DNA of 61,354 nt, filler included, from Globobulimina sp. (lineage: Eukaryota): assembly GCA_003354225.1 (NCBI GenBank). It is 21 parts of 21 records of this genome, joined end to end, with 100 filler letters (N's around TTAATTAATTAA, not from the genome) between each part and the next. Parts side by side here need not be neighbours in the genome. Positions count along the whole stretch, not along the records: positions 55,607 to 58,430 come from PIVH01004731.1; positions 58,531 to 61,354 come from PIVH01004732.1; 19 more parts are not named here. One strand, 5' to 3'. Made by a program: the position numbers and the translations under genes. Under the pieces are notes generated by a model. The model ran no database searches. It was not told the origin of the DNA and saw nothing but the letters and a program-made list of their open reading frames with translations. Positions 58,177 to 61,354 of the stretch are shown piece after piece; position 1 is the first letter of the stretch; every line of letters begins with the position of its first letter.

Positions 58177-59036
58177 CCAACTCCATAATGTCAGACTCGT
58201 CAGGAGAAATTGATAATTCATCGAAACAAGATCTATGGTCATTTATTAAAAACTCTAAAGCAACAGAATCAGCATCATTCAAAGTATTACGAAAATTTAT
58301 CTTATCATTAAACAAAAATGAATTAAAAGTAAGTAGCCCGCTCAACACTGTAACCAGAACAAGTCCATAACCAGAACCAGTTGGTTCTACTACAGTTCTA
58401 GAACATTAATCATAACTAGAACAAAAACGTNNNNNNNNNNNNNNNNNNNNNNNNNNNNNNNNNNNNNNNNNNNNTTAATTAATTAANNNNNNNNNNNNNN
58501 NNNNNNNNNNNNNNNNNNNNNNNNNNNNNNTATAAGCGTTATTAATAATTTATTATTTATTTTAAGCAACAGTACATTTTATGCAGTCAGAACTGAGTCA
58601 ACTGACACTGACTTAGGCGACGAAGTCAGATTCTTCTGGATTCCTCAACGATATATTCCAAAAGATAACCACCCCCCTGGTCGATAAGTTGTATACATTT
58701 GATTCAATTATCTGAGAAACGCTTTGCAAATCCAGAACAAATTTATAATTGAACCAAATTTATAATTGAACCAAATGTACATACTGGAAGTTACCAAATG
58801 ATTTTAAGATTTTCACGAAGTAAGCTAGTCATCACAAAGTACACAGTTGATTTTAAGTTTTCGAGTTTCTGTGAGAAAAACTAAGAACGCTAATTATAAA
58901 ATTGAAATAAAAAAAATAACAATCAGACGAAAATTATAATAAAAAAATAGTGGTGAAAATATATATATACGTTAACGAAAAAAATATATTGAAAAAAGAA
59001 AATTGAAAACAATAATTACATCATTTTTATATTTAA

Positions 59037-60561
59037 TTAAATTGGGCAATTTTTCTCGACCCCTCCAGCATACGGCGAATACGCCAATAAAGCAAACAAG
59101 ACTCCACAGGTAATTGCAGTAAAAATCAACGTCAAAATCCAGCCTAGAAATACTGTCGCCAACAATTTCCAATTAATCACTTGTTTCCATTTTAATGTAG
59201 CATCGCTCCTCATTTTCTCCATTAATCCGGCACCGATTGTGGCGCCAACTTGAGCGTGCGTCGTCGATGCAGGATATCCCAAAACAGAGCATATGATAAT
59301 AATCACTGCCGAAGAGAGCTCAATACAATAGCCTCTGGTCGAGGTGATATACGCCATCCGCACACCTAAACATTTCATTATTTTATATCCGTACGTGGCT
59401 AATCCCAAAACCATACCAAATGCCCCAATGGCTAATATCCATTCAGGTACGGCGACTTTGGAGGAACTAATCCCAGATTGGTATAACCCGACCATTGCCG
59501 CAAAAGGAGCTACAGCATTGGCAACGTCATTCGATCCATGCGCGAATATATCCAGCGCAGCGGTGCAAACCTGAAGCCATGCAAATGATTTTTCTGTTTT
59601 CATGTCAAATTTCTCACTGTTTGCATGAATATCCACTTCTAACTGCTGCAAATCGTCATGGATATCTACATTAAGACCATATGTTAATTTATCTTTTGAT
59701 TTCGCCGCGAAATGGATAAATTTGGATGAATTTTGTTTTAATTTTTTGTTATCGTCCTTTGTGTCCAACTCTTTGTTATATTCGGCGAATTCGAGTAGTT
59801 GCTTGGTTGCCGAAGTAGGAGTAATGTTTGTTATTTGTTGTGTTTCTTCAACTGTCGGTTTCTCCACATTTTGGAAACTGCATTTTTTTTGAGGCATTTT
59901 GGAAACTGCCTTTACGACGTATTTGTCCACCGCGCCAGAATAGATACACACGAAATAACTGATTATCGCCAAGGTGCCGGCGATTGCAACCTGATTAAAA
60001 AAATATTAGTATCATTTACAAACGGATGAGAGACAAATAGATAAATAAAAACTTTAACTGTTATTATAAAGGCGAAACCAGTCTGTTCCTCATAGTCAAA
60101 ATCGAACCTTTTCATAACTTTAATAAGTAAAAAAAAGCACATTATAAAACCAACGATAAATACAAATAATGGCCACCATCTTAACGCCAACTGATACGAA
60201 TTGTCTTTGCGTAAAATGAATTTGCGCAATGGGAAAAATAATATCATGGTTCCAATTGCTGCCATAAAAGGAGCAACGATCCAAAATAATACAATATATC
60301 CAATCTGTTCCCAATCCACGGACTCTAAGCCTTTGGCCGCAACACTAAAACCAACAATTGCACCTTTATATTTTATGAGTGTATAAATAAATATATAAAT
60401 GGAAATATAAAAGGATACCTACCAATGATAGAATGTGTGGTTGAGACTGGCAATTCAAACTTTGTTGCTATAAATAACCATAAAGCAGCAGAGCATAAAG
60501 AACAAAACATTCCTAACATCAATACATCTTCTTCGCCTTCAAACTGCTCCGACAAATTCAA
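59037..60561 (-). CDS. PiT/SLC20 (PHO4) phosphate transporter, apparently 5'-truncated
   Basis: WLFIATKFELPVSTTHSIIG, FAHGSNDVANAVAP, GYKIMKCLG, PASTTHAQVG; two short introns near 60417-60364 and 60056-59991. Confidence 0.9.
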
Positions 60562-60721
60562 GTTGCGACTAGAGGAGGGATGAGATAAATTTAAAGTGAG
60601 GTTTAAATTGTAAAGTTTTTTGGTTAATAAATTAGATTAGATTCGCGATTCATCCAACAAACACAAAAAAGGGAATGATAAAAATAATTAAGAAACTAAA
60701 GAAAGTTACAAAAATATTATG

Positions 60722-61354
60722 TTATTCAGTCATGTGATGCTTCTGATAATGGTGTTGGTGTTTGGCATTATTAATATTTGGTAATTTGAACAACAATAAA
60801 TTCTCCTTCAATAGCAAACAATTCCTCAGTGGCAATTTAATTTTATTACTCCTGTCGTCACTAAAATGGCCAGGCAAAATCCTGTGCGTCTTGACCTTAT
60901 CCGGCAACAACGCCATGAATTTAAAAAAAGCAGTCACGAGTTGTGAACAGAAAAAAGACTTTTGTTTCTCAAACGGCACATCGCTTAAACGGAACACATT
61001 GCTCCAGATCGCATAATCCAAACCATTCACTTTCTCTATAAATTGCGCCGACAAATTATAAAAAGCCTCGCCTTTCACCGCATAGTCATACTTTGTATAT
61101 ATATTATTCATGTCCTCCTGTTTCTGTTTGATACTGTCGAACGATGCGGACTGCCGTTCCTCCAAAACATGCCTTTTCTTTTCCTGCACCCCGTCTTTCA
61201 ACAATTTCAATCTACGAACAACGATTTGCGGACAGAGCAAACTCCATTGTTTCAATCTGCATTTCAACGGATAAGTCCTCACGCCGTCAATGGTCGACTC
61301 GATCAAATACAATCCATTCGCATTGCCATTGGCAACATTGCAGCCGGAACAGGT
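60722..61354 (-). CDS. Permuted papain-like (YiiX/YebB-type NlpC/P60) enzyme, 5' partial
   Basis: YLIEST.DGV..IVVRRL..FFCSQLVTAFFK..ILPGHFS with the catalytic Cys C-terminal. Confidence 0.72.
   Translation of the reverse strand, partial: TCSGCNVANGNANGLYLIESTIDGVRTYPLKCRLKQWSLLCPQIVVRRLKLLKDGVQEKKRHVLEERQSASFDSIKQKQEDMNNIYTKYDYAVKGEAFYNLSAQFIEKVNGLDYAIWSNVFRLSDVPFEKQKSFFCSQLVTAFFKFMALLPDKVKTHRILPGHFSDDRSNKIKLPLRNCLLLKENLLLFKLPNINNAKHQHHYQKHHMTE

Noticed and set aside
58350-58425. Cluster of AGAAC/GTTCT motifs resembling heat-shock elements
   Set aside because: Only one properly spaced inverted pair (gttctagaac) and no downstream gene visible before the contig end.
2830-58530. Regularly spaced TTAATTAATTAA palindromes about every 2.93 kb, superficially like an array or nanochromosome ends
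   Set aside because: Embedded in fixed N44 pads; an artificial six-frame-stop linker. The even spacing reflects contigs sorted by length.
1-61354. tRNA, rRNA or telomeric repeats
   Set aside because: None recognised by eye; tRNAscan-SE and Infernal would be needed to exclude them.

Overview
This is not a continuous locus. It is a pseudomolecule of 21 unrelated, size-sorted contigs (2829 down to 2824 bp) joined by 20 artificial 100-bp linkers (N44-TTAATTAATTAA-N44), so adjacency across a linker has no biological meaning. The DNA is from an AT-rich, gene-dense microbial eukaryote with short GT-AG introns (mostly 45-90 bp) and the standard genetic code. The gene families (ART-like genes, 7TM receptors, PT-repeat surface proteins, SPRY and ubiquitin fusions) suggest a foraminiferan/rhizarian, and several apparent chimeras suggest a whole-genome-amplified sample; both are inferences. 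Recognisable genes: exportin-T, MRNIP, a UDP-glycosyltransferase, APC/MFS/SLC7/SLC12/PiT transporters, a sorting nexin, Kelch-BTB, phosphatidylserine synthase, coronin, Sec14, RING, Myb-SAM, an intron-containing YeeE/YedE sulfur transporter and a permuted NlpC/P60 enzyme. The most unusual signals are non-coding: a whole 782-aa gene bracketed by a perfect 80-bp inverted repeat, two oversized introns that fold into stems, a motif (GATGACTAGCTYACTT) recurring in six independent contigs, MITE-like palindromes, and a bacterial integron-like cassette fused in frame to eukaryotic coronin. All family calls come from motif recognition by eye; no searches were run.
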